From: an uncultured Actinomycetes bacterium
GTDB taxonomy: Bacteria > Actinomycetota > UBA4738 > HRBIN12
Direction of reading: 5' to 3'
Length of the DNA: 64,000 bases
NCBI GenBank assembly: GCA_963704725.1
Contig: OY969934.1
Location: 2,848,001-2,912,000 of the forward strand
Shown: positions 27,349-36,473 of the stretch, one piece after another
Layout of the letters: each line of letters starts with the position of its first letter
Numbering within the stretch: the stretch's first letter is position 1
The notes under the pieces: model-generated
Databases searched by the model: none
What the model was told of the DNA's origin: nothing
Seen by the model: the letters and a program-made list of their open reading frames with translations, nothing else
Position numbers and translations under genes: made by a program

Positions 27349-28947
27349 TCACCTGGCGAACCCCCTCCTGGCCGCCAGCCGGATGAAGAACGTGGTGCCG
27401 TCGGAGTCCGACTCGAACCAGATCCTTCCGCCGTGAGCCTCCACGACGCGCCGCGCGATGAACAGACCGAGACCCCGCCCCGCCGGATGCCGGTCGCCGC
27501 TGTCGGTGCGGACGAACGGGTCGAACAGCGACGGGCCGCCCGCCGGGATGGGCGCTCCCTCGTTGTGGATCCCGACCAGGACCATGCCGTCCCCGACCTC
27601 GACGGACACCTCGACCTTCGTCCCCTGGCGCGAGTACGTCAGCGCGTTCCGGACGATGTTGAGCACCGCGGTGCGCAAGTGCACGGCGTCCACCCGGGCC
27701 ATGGCCGCTCCCGGCGCGTGGACGACGACGCGGTCCTGCCCGAACTCGCTGGCACAGCTGCGGGCGACGTCATCCAGCAGGGCCACGAGGTCGACGGGTC
27801 GGCGCTGGAGGGGCTGCGCCCCGGCGCCCCACGCCAGGAGCCCTTCGACCAGGCCGGCGAGCTGCTCCAGCTCCTCGAGAGATCGGGACAGCCGCTCGCG
27901 ATCCGTCTCGTCGACGGTGCCCCCTTCCAGGAGCGTCAGCTCGAGCGCCGCCTTCACGCCGAGGAGCGGCCCTCGCAGCTCGTGAGCCGTCCAGGCAATC
28001 CCGAGCGACCCGCGGCCGGCGCCGGTGAGGTGCGGCGACGCCGAGCGCCGACGCAGGGCCTCCTCGAGCATGCCGGCGACGATGCCCATCGGGGCCGACG
28101 GCGCGGACGGCGAGATCCCGACGAGCATGACGGCGTCGCCGGCGTCGACGACCTCGGCGCGCTCGATGCCGAGCAGCAGGCGCGAGAACTCCTTGGCCAC
28201 CGCCTCGTGCGGCGCCCGCGACGCACGTGGGCCGCGCGGCAGCGTCGGAAGGGCCGCGCGCAGCTCGCGGCGCTTGCGGTTCCCCACGCCGCGGACGTCG
28301 ATCAACCGAAGGTCCGGCGAGTCGTCGGAGGCGCACCACACGGCGACCGGGGCGCGGAACCGGTCGGACACGAACCTGGCCGCCGCCCGCAGCGCCGTCT
28401 CCGTCGTGCCGGCCGAGGACATGGTCTTGCCCACCGAGACGGCCCGGCGAACCGCACCGAGCTCGCTGCGGACCTGCTCGTGCCGGCGCACGTGGTGCAG
28501 CGCGATCGCGAGCTGACTCGCCACGGCGGTGAGGGGCTCCCATCGCCACGTGATGGCGTCGATGGGGGCGACGACCTCGAGCACCCCCAGGCCCTCCCCG
28601 CGGGAGACGAGCGGCAGCATCGCGAGCATGGCCCCGGACGGGGCCTGGAGCTCGAACCGCATCGCCCGCCGCGAGACGAAGACGGCCCGGCGGCGAGCCG
28701 ACCGCTTGCGGCCGCCCTGCTGGAGACCGGGGTCGGCCCACGCGGGGCGGAGCCGGCCTCCGGCATCCGGGAGCGAGATCCTGACGTGCGCCTCGGATAC
28801 CCCGAGGGCGGCACGGACCCAGCCGGGGGTGGAGGAGACGGCTTCGTCCTCCGTATCGGCCGAGGCGAAGGCGTGGCACAGCGCCCGGAGCACGGCCCGC
28901 TCGTCCTGCCAGGGCGTGGGGCGGGGGGCGCTCTCGATACTCCGCAT
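27349..28947 (-). CDS. Soluble sensor histidine kinase with GAF-like N-terminal domains
   Basis: H-box AHELRGPL, N-box NIVRNAL, LFDPF, GRGLGL; no TM helix seen; ATG at 28947 chosen. Confidence 0.88.
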   Translation of the reverse strand: MRSIESAPRPTPWQDERAVLRALCHAFASADTEDEAVSSTPGWVRAALGVSEAHVRISLPDAGGRLRPAWADPGLQQGGRKRSARRRAVFVSRRAMRFELQAPSGAMLAMLPLVSRGEGLGVLEVVAPIDAITWRWEPLTAVASQLAIALHHVRRHEQVRSELGAVRRAVSVGKTMSSAGTTETALRAAARFVSDRFRAPVAVWCASDDSPDLRLIDVRGVGNRKRRELRAALPTLPRGPRASRAPHEAVAKEFSRLLLGIERAEVVDAGDAVMLVGISPSAPSAPMGIVAGMLEEALRRRSASPHLTGAGRGSLGIAWTAHELRGPLLGVKAALELTLLEGGTVDETDRERLSRSLEELEQLAGLVEGLLAWGAGAQPLQRRPVDLVALLDDVARSCASEFGQDRVVVHAPGAAMARVDAVHLRTAVLNIVRNALTYSRQGTKVEVSVEVGDGMVLVGIHNEGAPIPAGGPSLFDPFVRTDSGDRHPAGRGLGLFIARRVVEAHGGRIWFESDSDGTTFFIRLAARRGFAR

Positions 28948-29370
28948 CCGGGGGGCAGCTCCAATCAGTCGGGGCGAGAAGAGTAGGACGCGGAGCGCGT
29001 TCCTGTAAACCCTTCGGAAGGACCGAATCTCATCCGTTCGACGGACCTGGTCCCACCGATACGACGTATCCCGCCCGCCCCGGCCGGGGGGACGACGCTC
29101 GGGCTCGCCCCGGGGCCCTTCGAGACCGTCCGGGGGGCTCGCTGCCCGGCCGTCGGCGCGCCGGAGAAGGTCACGACCGGCGTTCGCCGCTCCGGGCCCC
29201 GCGGATCGCAGGCCACCCTCGAGCCCGACCCTGGTGGTCTGGGGGGAACACCACAACCAGTGAACGTGCTGTGGACTGGGAAGGTTACGGAGAATGGATG
29301 CTGGTATCCGGAATGCATCGTCACTAGGATTCGATGGCCCCTGCCGCGGGACCGAGATACGACGTCGTGG

Positions 29371-29835
29371 GTGATCGTCAAGGTGGATCTGTCGCACGAG
29401 ATCGGTCGGGTGCTCCGGCACGTCCGGATGGCCCGGAAGATGACGCTCCGAGGCGCGGCGCGCGCTTCGCAGGGGCGCTTCAAGCCCTCGTCGATCGCCG
29501 GGTACGAGCGCGGTGAGCGCGCCATCACCGTTCAGCGCTTCTGCGACCTGGCGGCCGTGTACGAGGTCGACCCGGCCCGGCTGATGGACGGCATCCTCTC
29601 CGATGCGCACGGCGAGCCCCGGATCGAGCTCGACCTGACCGCCCTCGACCGGCTCGACCTGCCGGAGGCGGCCACGGTGCTGAGCTTCGCCGACCGCGTG
29701 CGCGACCTCCGCGGATCCCCCAACAGCGAGATGGTGACCCTCCGCCACGCGGACCTCGAGGTGATCGCGCGGGTCGCCGGCCGCGACCGCGGCGAGCTGC
29801 TCGAGCTTCTGTCGCCCGCCCGGCGCCCCTCCTGA
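29371..29835 (+). CDS. BldD-like XRE transcriptional regulator (full length)
   Basis: SQGRFKPSSIAGYERGERAITVQR resembles BldD SQGRWKAVVVGSYERGDRAVTVQR; the CTD LDLTAL...RGSPNSEMVTLRHADL resembles LDLERL...RGDYNGKVLSIRQDDL. Confidence 0.8.
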   Translation: MIVKVDLSHEIGRVLRHVRMARKMTLRGAARASQGRFKPSSIAGYERGERAITVQRFCDLAAVYEVDPARLMDGILSDAHGEPRIELDLTALDRLDLPEAATVLSFADRVRDLRGSPNSEMVTLRHADLEVIARVAGRDRGELLELLSPARRPS

Positions 29836-29906
29836 CCGGCCGGGACGACCTCGCCCCCCGACCGCCCGGAGGTGTCCGCGAGCGCGATCGGGGGAAGGAC
29901 TCCCCC

Positions 29907-30230
29907 ATCGACGCCTCGACGACCGCAACGTTCGCGGCGGCGGCGGGCGAGGTCCTGCGCCAGGTCCGGGTGGGGCGATCCCTGTCGCTGCGGCAGGTCA
30001 CCGTCCGCTCCGGCGGCCGCTTCAAGCCGTCCTCGATCGCCTCGTACGAGCGCGGGGAGCGGCAGATCTCGCTGGAGCGCCTGTTCGCGCTGGCCGAGGT
30101 GTACGAGGTCGCGCCCGAGCGGATCGTCGCGGCGATCGCCCACCGCCTGGAGCGGGACGAGGAGGGGTCCGGGTCCGAGCCCGTCCTGGTGGTGGATCCG
30201 CTCGGACTGGGGCGCGCCGGTCTCCGCTGA
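29907..30230 (+). CDS. Second BldD-like XRE protein, DNA-binding domain only
   Basis: GEVLRQVR...SGGRFKPSSIASYERGERQISLERL. Homology extends upstream of the GTG at 29970; an in-frame ATC at 29907 follows SD-like GGAAGGA. Confidence 0.65.
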   Translation: MDASTTATFAAAAGEVLRQVRVGRSLSLRQVTVRSGGRFKPSSIASYERGERQISLERLFALAEVYEVAPERIVAAIAHRLERDEEGSGSEPVLVVDPLGLGRAGLR

Positions 30231-30236
30231 CCGGCC

Positions 30237-31181
30237 TCAGACGCCCCGGATGAACGCGACCGTCTCGCCGAGTCCGTCCTCGAGGTGCGTCCAGGGCCGC
30301 CACCCGAGAACCTCGGCCGCCGCCGCGATGTCCAGAACGCTCCGGCGGAGGTCTCCGGCGCGCGGGGGACCGTGTGCCGGCTCCCCGGTGAAGCCGGTCA
30401 GCTCCGCGAGCATCCGGTAGAGGCCGTTCACGGAGGTCTCGACGGCGGTCCCCACGTTCACGACCCGGCCGCTCCCCCGGTCGGCGGCCAGGGCGAAGGC
30501 GTGGACGACGTCGTCGACGAACACGTAGTCGCGCGTCTGGTTGCCGTCGCCGAAGATCGCCGGGGCGCGGCCGGAGAGCATCATCGCCGAGAAGATGGCG
30601 ATGACCCCGGCCTCCCCATGCGGGTCCTGCCGTGGCCCGTACACGTTGGCCAAGGCCAGCGCCGTCCACTCGATCCCGTGGTAGCGCTCGTAGAACGCGA
30701 GGTAGTCGATGACGACCTTCTTGCTGATCCCGTAGGGCGACACCGGCCGCGCGCCGCCCTGTGCCGTCTCCTTCACCGGGAGGCGACGGGGGTCGCCGTA
30801 CAGCGTGCCGCCCGACGCCGCGAACACCACCTTGCGCACGCCGGCACGCCGGGCGCACTCCAGCACGTTCAGCGAGCCCATCGCGTTCACGGACCCGTCG
30901 AGCGCCGGGTTCTCCATCGACACCGCGACGGAGGACTGCGCCCCGAGGTGCATCACGACCTCGGGACGGTGGCGCTCGAACAGCGACAGGAGGCCGTCGC
31001 CGCGCAGGTCCATGTTGAAGAACGTGAAGTCCTTGCCGTACCCACGGGCCTCCGAGAGGTTGGCGATCCTGCCCGTGGACAGGTCGTCGACGGCGATCAC
31101 GCGGTGACCCTCGGCGAGGAGCCGGTCGCACAGGTGGGAGCCGATGAACCCCGCTCCGCCCGTCACCAGGTAGGTCGTCAT
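30237..31181 (-). CDS. NAD-dependent epimerase (UDP-glucose 4-epimerase-like)
   Basis: TGGAGFIGSH, ASGGTLYG, SPYGISK, NVYGPRQDPHGEAGV, TRDYVFV. Confidence 0.9.
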   Translation of the reverse strand: MTTYLVTGGAGFIGSHLCDRLLAEGHRVIAVDDLSTGRIANLSEARGYGKDFTFFNMDLRGDGLLSLFERHRPEVVMHLGAQSSVAVSMENPALDGSVNAMGSLNVLECARRAGVRKVVFAASGGTLYGDPRRLPVKETAQGGARPVSPYGISKKVVIDYLAFYERYHGIEWTALALANVYGPRQDPHGEAGVIAIFSAMMLSGRAPAIFGDGNQTRDYVFVDDVVHAFALAADRGSGRVVNVGTAVETSVNGLYRMLAELTGFTGEPAHGPPRAGDLRRSVLDIAAAAEVLGWRPWTHLEDGLGETVAFIRGV

Positions 31182-32182
31182 CCCGCCAGCACCATCGAGG
31201 GGTCGACCGAGACGTCCAGCGGCGTGCGCTCCCCGAGCGCCAGGCGCGACGCCCCGGCGCGGGCGATCATCGCGCCGTTGTCGGTGCACAGGGCGGGCGA
31301 CGGGAACACCACTCGGACGCCGCGCTCCTGCCCGGCGGCCGCCATGCGTTCGCGGAGGCGGGAGTTGGCCACGACGCCGCCCCCCAGGAGCACCGTCGTG
31401 ACGCCGAGCTCCGACGCCGCGCGCATCGTCTTGGACACCTGGACGTCGACGATGGCCTCCTGGAACGAGGCGGCCAGGTCGGCGGCGTCGACCTCGCGAC
31501 CGGCGGCGCGCTCCCGCTTGACGTGGCGAAGGACCGACGTCTTCAGTCCCGAGAGGGAGAAGTCGTAGTCGTCGGTCGTCGCCATCGCGCGGGGGAAGGA
31601 GATCGCGGCCGGGTCGCCGGCCCGGGCCAGCCGGTCGAGGGCCGGTCCCCCCGGGAACCCGAGCCCGAGGAAGCGGGCGATCTTGTCGAAGGCCTCGCCC
31701 GCGGCGTCGTCGACGGTCTGCCCGAGCACGCGATATCGATGCTCCTCGGGCATGTGGACGAGCATCGTATGCCCTCCCGAGACCACGAGGCACACGGCGG
31801 GCACGAGCGGCCCCGGGTGCTCGAGGAAGTTGGCGTAGATGTGGCCCTCGAGGTGGTTGACGCCGACGAGCGGCGTTCCCGTGGCGAACGCCACCGCCTT
31901 GGCCGCGGCGATCCCGACGAGCAGGGCGCCGACGAGCCCGGGTCCCACCGTCACGGCCACCCCGTCGAGGTCGGCGAAGCGGCACCCCGCCCGGTCCAGC
32001 GCCTCCTCCATCAAGGGGTTGAGGGCCTCGACGTGCGCGCGGCTCGCGATCTCCGGGACCACGCCCCCGAAGCGGGCGTGCAGGTCGACCTGGCTGCCGA
32101 TGAGGTCGCACAGCACGCGGCCGTCCTCGACGATGGCGACGCCGGTCTCGTCGCAGGACGTCTCGATGCCGAGGACCTTCAC
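31178..32182 (-). CDS. tsaD: tRNA threonylcarbamoyltransferase TsaD
   Basis: LGIETSCDETG, GGVVPEIASRAH, NHLEGH, VSGGHT, DDAAGEAFDK, CTDNGAMIA. Confidence 0.97.
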   Translation of the reverse strand: MKVLGIETSCDETGVAIVEDGRVLCDLIGSQVDLHARFGGVVPEIASRAHVEALNPLMEEALDRAGCRFADLDGVAVTVGPGLVGALLVGIAAAKAVAFATGTPLVGVNHLEGHIYANFLEHPGPLVPAVCLVVSGGHTMLVHMPEEHRYRVLGQTVDDAAGEAFDKIARFLGLGFPGGPALDRLARAGDPAAISFPRAMATTDDYDFSLSGLKTSVLRHVKRERAAGREVDAADLAASFQEAIVDVQVSKTMRAASELGVTTVLLGGGVVANSRLRERMAAAGQERGVRVVFPSPALCTDNGAMIARAGASRLALGERTPLDVSVDPSMVLAG

Positions 32183-32739
32183 TCGCGCCCGTCCGGACGG
32201 ATGCCCTGGGGCGCCTCCCCCATCAGCTCGCGCATCCGCTCCTCGAACTCCGGCGTGCGGACGGCGTCGAGCCACATGATCAGCGCGTCCTCGTTGATCT
32301 CCTGGTAGTAGTTCTTGCGCACGCCGACGGGCCGGAACCCGAACCGCCCGTACAGGCGCTGGGCCCCCCAGTTCGTCACGCGCACCTCGAGCGAAACGGA
32401 CTCGGCCCCCATGTCGACCGCGGCGAAGATCAGGTCGTGGAGGATGCGGCTGCCGATCCGCCGCCGATGCTGCAGGGGGTCGACCGCCACGTTCGTCACG
32501 TGGGCCTCCTCGCCGTAGCAGATCAACCCCCCGTACCCGACGACCTCCCGGTCGATCCGCGCCACCAGGTAGCACCGGTTGCGGGACTCGTTCATCTCCG
32601 AAAGGAACAGGTTCGGGCTCCACGGGCGTGGGTACACCTGACGCTCGATCGCCATCACGCCTCGCAGATGGCGGCGTCGCATCCGGGTCACCTCAAGTCG
32701 AGGCGCCTCGAGCTCGCTGATCCCAGGCGATCTCCGCAT
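32179..32739 (-). CDS. rimI: Ribosomal-protein-alanine N-acetyltransferase RimI
   Basis: PWS, HVTNVAV, LEVRVTN, RKNYY, EDALIM; located between tsaB and tsaD. Start uncertain. Confidence 0.92.
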   Translation of the reverse strand: MRRSPGISELEAPRLEVTRMRRRHLRGVMAIERQVYPRPWSPNLFLSEMNESRNRCYLVARIDREVVGYGGLICYGEEAHVTNVAVDPLQHRRRIGSRILHDLIFAAVDMGAESVSLEVRVTNWGAQRLYGRFGFRPVGVRKNYYQEINEDALIMWLDAVRTPEFEERMRELMGEAPQGIRPDGRE

Positions 32740-33400
32740 CCGTCTTCCTCAGGTACAGCGGTACGACGTCACTCGGCCGGTCGGATTGCTCCCGGATGAA
32801 CCGGGGTGCCGCCACCTCCACGAGCGCCGGAGCCCACGGATGGGCCAGCGCCGCAGGGGCGAAGGCGACCCGGCTGCCCGGCTCCTCCAGCTCCCGTCGG
32901 TACAGGATGGCACCGTTCCCGACGAGCAGCACCTCCTCCGGGCTCGCCACCAGCTCGGCGGCGAGCGCTCCCGGCCGGTCGACACGATAGGCGCCCTCCC
33001 GCACGATGCCGCCCGGCACGCTCCGGTAGAAGGCGAAGAAGACCTCCCCCCGCCGCGCGTCCAGGATCGCCGCGATGCGCCGGCGGGCCGTTCGGAACGG
33101 GAACGCGAGCACGTCCAGCGAGGCGATGCCCAGGATGGGGACGCGCAGGACCTGGGCCAGGGACTTGCCGACCTCGATCCCCACCCGCAGGCCGGTGTAC
33201 AGGCCGGGGCCGAGCCCGACCGCGATCCCGCCCACGCTCCCCAGGTCCGTCCCGGACCACTCGAGGAGGCGCCGGATCGCCGGCACCACGTCGTCCTGCT
33301 TCCGAGGACCCGCGAACTGCGCCTGGGCCATCGTCCCCATCTCCGTCCCGAGCGCGATCGAGGTGTGGCTCGTCGACGTGTCGATCCCGAGGACGATCAC
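32693..33400 (-). CDS. tsaB: tRNA threonylcarbamoylation protein TsaB
   Basis: LGIDTS, GPGLYTGLRVG, DARRGEVF, PLYLRKTDAE. Confidence 0.95.
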   Translation of the reverse strand: MIVLGIDTSTSHTSIALGTEMGTMAQAQFAGPRKQDDVVPAIRRLLEWSGTDLGSVGGIAVGLGPGLYTGLRVGIEVGKSLAQVLRVPILGIASLDVLAFPFRTARRRIAAILDARRGEVFFAFYRSVPGGIVREGAYRVDRPGALAAELVASPEEVLLVGNGAILYRRELEEPGSRVAFAPAALAHPWAPALVEVAAPRFIREQSDRPSDVVPLYLRKTDAEIAWDQRARGAST

Positions 33401-33885
33401 CCCCGACTCCAACCGTCCAGAGCCTGCTCGAGCCGCTCCCACCGGCTCGCCCACCCCGCCCCCACGGGCCGGACCTCGAGCTCCCGCTCGTCCCCCTCGC
33501 CGGGGACGGTGAGCTCGACCACGAGGTGATCGTCGGGCAGCAGCGCCTCGACGGCGTCCCCCCACTCCACGACCAGGACGCCGCGGTCGTCGAGCATCTC
33601 CGCGAGACCGAGATCGACCGCCTCCTGCACGCGGTCGAGCCGGTACACGTCGGCGTGCAGGAGCGTGATCGACGGCGCGCGGTACTCGCGCACCAGCGTG
33701 AAGGTCGGCGAGGCGACCGCGCCCTCGTAGCCGAGCGCGCGGGCCATGCCGTGGACCAGCGTCGTCTTGCCGGCGCCGAGCTCCCCGGTCAGCGCGACGG
33801 CGTCGCCCGGACGCAGGAGGGAGGCCAGCGCGCCGCCGATGGCCCGGGTGTCCTCGGCCGTCGGCGCGGCCAGCTCGAGGGGCAT
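33397..33885 (-). CDS. tsaE: tRNA threonylcarbamoylation ATPase TsaE
   Basis: GELGAGKTT, SPTFTLVREY, HADVYRL, VVEWG. Confidence 0.96.
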   Translation of the reverse strand: MPLELAAPTAEDTRAIGGALASLLRPGDAVALTGELGAGKTTLVHGMARALGYEGAVASPTFTLVREYRAPSITLLHADVYRLDRVQEAVDLGLAEMLDDRGVLVVEWGDAVEALLPDDHLVVELTVPGEGDERELEVRPVGAGWASRWERLEQALDGWSRG

Positions 33886-34484
33886 CAGAACAGCCCGAGC
33901 TGCTCCTCGGCGGGCTGGGGGCGCTCGGCGAGCGCGCGGAGGATCTCCTGGAAGTCCATCCGCAGCGCCGCCATCTGCCGGGAGTTCTCACCGCCGCCGT
34001 GCAGGATCGCCGCCGGGTGGAACGTGGGGATCACCGTCCGTCCGTTCCACCGGAAGCGCTGGCCCCGGACGCGGCTGATCGAGACGTTGCCGCCGAGGAT
34101 GTACCGCGTGGCCCAGTTGCCGAGCGTGACGATCACGACCGGGTCGATCAGCGCGATCCGCTCGTCCAGCCACGGCTTGCACGCGTCGGTCTCGTCCGGG
34201 AGGGGATCCCGGTTGCCCGGCGGCCGGCAGTTCACGACGTTGTTGATGTAGACGTCCTCGCGCCGGATCTGGATCTCCGCCAGGAGGCGGTTCAGGAGCT
34301 GCCCCGCCGCCCCGACGAACGGCTCCCCCTGCTTGTCCTCGTGGAAGCCGGGTCCCTCGCCGATGAACATGAGATCGGCGTTCGGATCCCCCACGCCGTA
34401 GACGACCTGCGTCCGGCCCTGCGACAGCCGGCATCTCGTGCACGTGGCGGCGTCGAGGGCCGCCTCCTCCAGCGTTCTCGTCAT
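33885..34484 (-). CDS. Family 4 uracil-DNA glycosylase
   Basis: [37 protein letters not shown]. Confidence 0.93.
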   Translation of the reverse strand: MTRTLEEAALDAATCTRCRLSQGRTQVVYGVGDPNADLMFIGEGPGFHEDKQGEPFVGAAGQLLNRLLAEIQIRREDVYINNVVNCRPPGNRDPLPDETDACKPWLDERIALIDPVVIVTLGNWATRYILGGNVSISRVRGQRFRWNGRTVIPTFHPAAILHGGGENSRQMAALRMDFQEILRALAERPQPAEEQLGLF

Positions 34485-35407
34485 CGTCCCTCCGGTGCGC
34501 GGCTACGCCGGCCCCCGCCGACCGCCGGGTAGCCACCGAGCGGCTCGGCCAGCCGGACCGCCCTGCGGATCGCCCCGGCCACCGCCCGCGTCGCCATGGA
34601 CTCGAGCAGCGGCTGCGGGGCAGGCAGCGCCCCCGTCCCCAGCGCGAACACCGTGTCCCCGTCCCACATCGTATGCGAGGGCCGCACGGCGAGCGAAAGC
34701 CCCTCCGAGCCGGCCTGCGCGAGCAGCTGGGCGCGCTCCTTGGTCAGCGTGGCGTTCGTGGCGACGACCACGAGCGTGGTGTTCCCGCCGGGCCAGCCAA
34801 CGGGCTCGGCCTCCGGGTTGCGGTTGGCGGCGATCGGGGTGCCGTCGTCCTGCGTGATCGCGCCGCTCGCGTTCACCGCGGCGAGGGCCGCCACGATCAG
34901 GTCGCCGTCTTCCTCGGCGGCGGTCCCCACGCCACCCTTCCACCCCGCCGTGGGATCCGGGGCCTTGGCCACGGTCGCCCCCGTGCCCGCCCCCACGCTG
35001 CCCTCGGCGACCTCGCCGTCGGTCGCCGCCTCGCACGCCGCCGCCCCGGCCCCGGCGTCCGGCCGGGCGGCCGGGTCCCCCACCGCGAGGTCGAACAGCA
35101 CGGCCGCCGGCACGATCGGGACCCGGGCGACCCCGGTGTCGAACCCGATCCCGCGCCCCTCGAGCCACCGGACGACGCCGTCCGCCGCGGCCAGGCCGAA
35201 CGCGCTCCCCCCCGTGAGCAGGACGGCGTGCACCTCGGGCGTGAGGGTGCCCGGCCGGATCGCGTCGGTCTCGCGCGTTCCCGGCGCCCCACCCTTCACG
35301 TCCACCGAACCCGCCGTCCCGGGCGGGCACAGGACCACGGTGCAGCCGGTGAGGCCCTCTCGGTCGGTCCAGTGACCCACCCGGATGCCCGGCACGCGCG
35401 TGATCAC
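34481..35407 (-). CDS. P1/S58 family peptidase (DmpA-like)
   Basis: VGHWTD, GGAPGTRET, LTGGSAFGL, GSVGAGTGA, NTTLVVVATNA, DGDTVF. Confidence 0.9.
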   Translation of the reverse strand: MITRVPGIRVGHWTDREGLTGCTVVLCPPGTAGSVDVKGGAPGTRETDAIRPGTLTPEVHAVLLTGGSAFGLAAADGVVRWLEGRGIGFDTGVARVPIVPAAVLFDLAVGDPAARPDAGAGAAACEAATDGEVAEGSVGAGTGATVAKAPDPTAGWKGGVGTAAEEDGDLIVAALAAVNASGAITQDDGTPIAANRNPEAEPVGWPGGNTTLVVVATNATLTKERAQLLAQAGSEGLSLAVRPSHTMWDGDTVFALGTGALPAPQPLLESMATRAVAGAIRRAVRLAEPLGGYPAVGGGRRSRAPEGR

Positions 35408-35426
35408 GGGCGCCTCGGCGCGCTGC

Positions 35427-36473
35427 TCACGCGCTCCTCCGGCGGCGCCCCTTCGGCGCGCCGAGCACCCGCTCGGCGAAGGCGGCGAGCCGGCGATTGA
35501 ACTCCTCGTGGGCCTCCATCATCGGGATGTGCCCGGCGTCCTCGATCACCTCGAGTCGTCCGTCGGGCAGGTCGCCGGCCAGCGCGACGGCGGAGGAGGG
35601 GGGCGTGACGCGGTCGTGCTCGCCGACCAGGACGAGGGCCGGGACGCCGACGTGGCGGACGGCGTGTCGAAGGTCCATGTCCATGAGCCCCGCGAGCGCG
35701 TCCGTCCACACCTCCGACGGCGCCCGCCCGGCGAGCTCGACGACGTGGTCGACCACGTGCGGCGACGCGTGCGGCCCGAACTGCGTGACGCGGGCCACGA
35801 GGTGGCCCACGTCCCGCGGACCCGACAGCACGTGCTGGCGCATCCGGTTCACGCGGGTCGCGGCCTGGCGCAGCGATCCGAGCCGCGGCCGGAACAGCCC
35901 CGTGATCGAGCCCATCGCGCCGCGCAGCAGATCGCTGGCGGCGGCACCGGCGAACGCGCACCCGGCGATCCGAGTCCCGAACAGCTCCGGGCGCGCCTCC
36001 GCGAGCGCCAGGATGGCCATCGACCCCATGCTGTGCCCGACCACCAGGACCGGGCGATCGGTGGCCGTGGCCTCGAGCACCGCGGCGAGATCCGATCCGA
36101 ACGCCGCGGGCGACAGGTCTCCCCCCGCGGCCCGGGCGCTCCGCCCGTGCGAGCGCAGGTCGAACAGGATGCAACGGTACGCGGCCGACAGCTCGGTCCA
36201 TTGGTAGTGCCACGCGGTCATGTCGAGGCTGAACCCGTGGACGAACACGATCACGGGCAGCTTGGGGTCGCCGGCGGCGCGCACCGCGAGCTCGGTCCCG
36301 TCGAAGGACCGGACGGGCCCCAGGTCGTCGGGTGGCAGGAGGGACAGCGGTTCGAGGGCCTCCGCGTCGCCCCGGCGGCGGCGGGCGTTCAACAGCGTGC
36401 GGCCCACCATCCCGGCGGTCACGGCGCCGGCGGCGACGCCGGCGGTCACGAACGCGGTGCGGCGGCCGCTCAC
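35427..36473 (-). CDS. Alpha/beta hydrolase
   Basis: FVHGF, DLRSHG, VGHSMG, GEHD, AGH; follows alr as in other actinobacteria. Confidence 0.88.
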   Translation of the reverse strand: MSGRRTAFVTAGVAAGAVTAGMVGRTLLNARRRRGDAEALEPLSLLPPDDLGPVRSFDGTELAVRAAGDPKLPVIVFVHGFSLDMTAWHYQWTELSAAYRCILFDLRSHGRSARAAGGDLSPAAFGSDLAAVLEATATDRPVLVVGHSMGSMAILALAEARPELFGTRIAGCAFAGAAASDLLRGAMGSITGLFRPRLGSLRQAATRVNRMRQHVLSGPRDVGHLVARVTQFGPHASPHVVDHVVELAGRAPSEVWTDALAGLMDMDLRHAVRHVGVPALVLVGEHDRVTPPSSAVALAGDLPDGRLEVIEDAGHIPMMEAHEEFNRRLAAFAERVLGAPKGRRRRSA

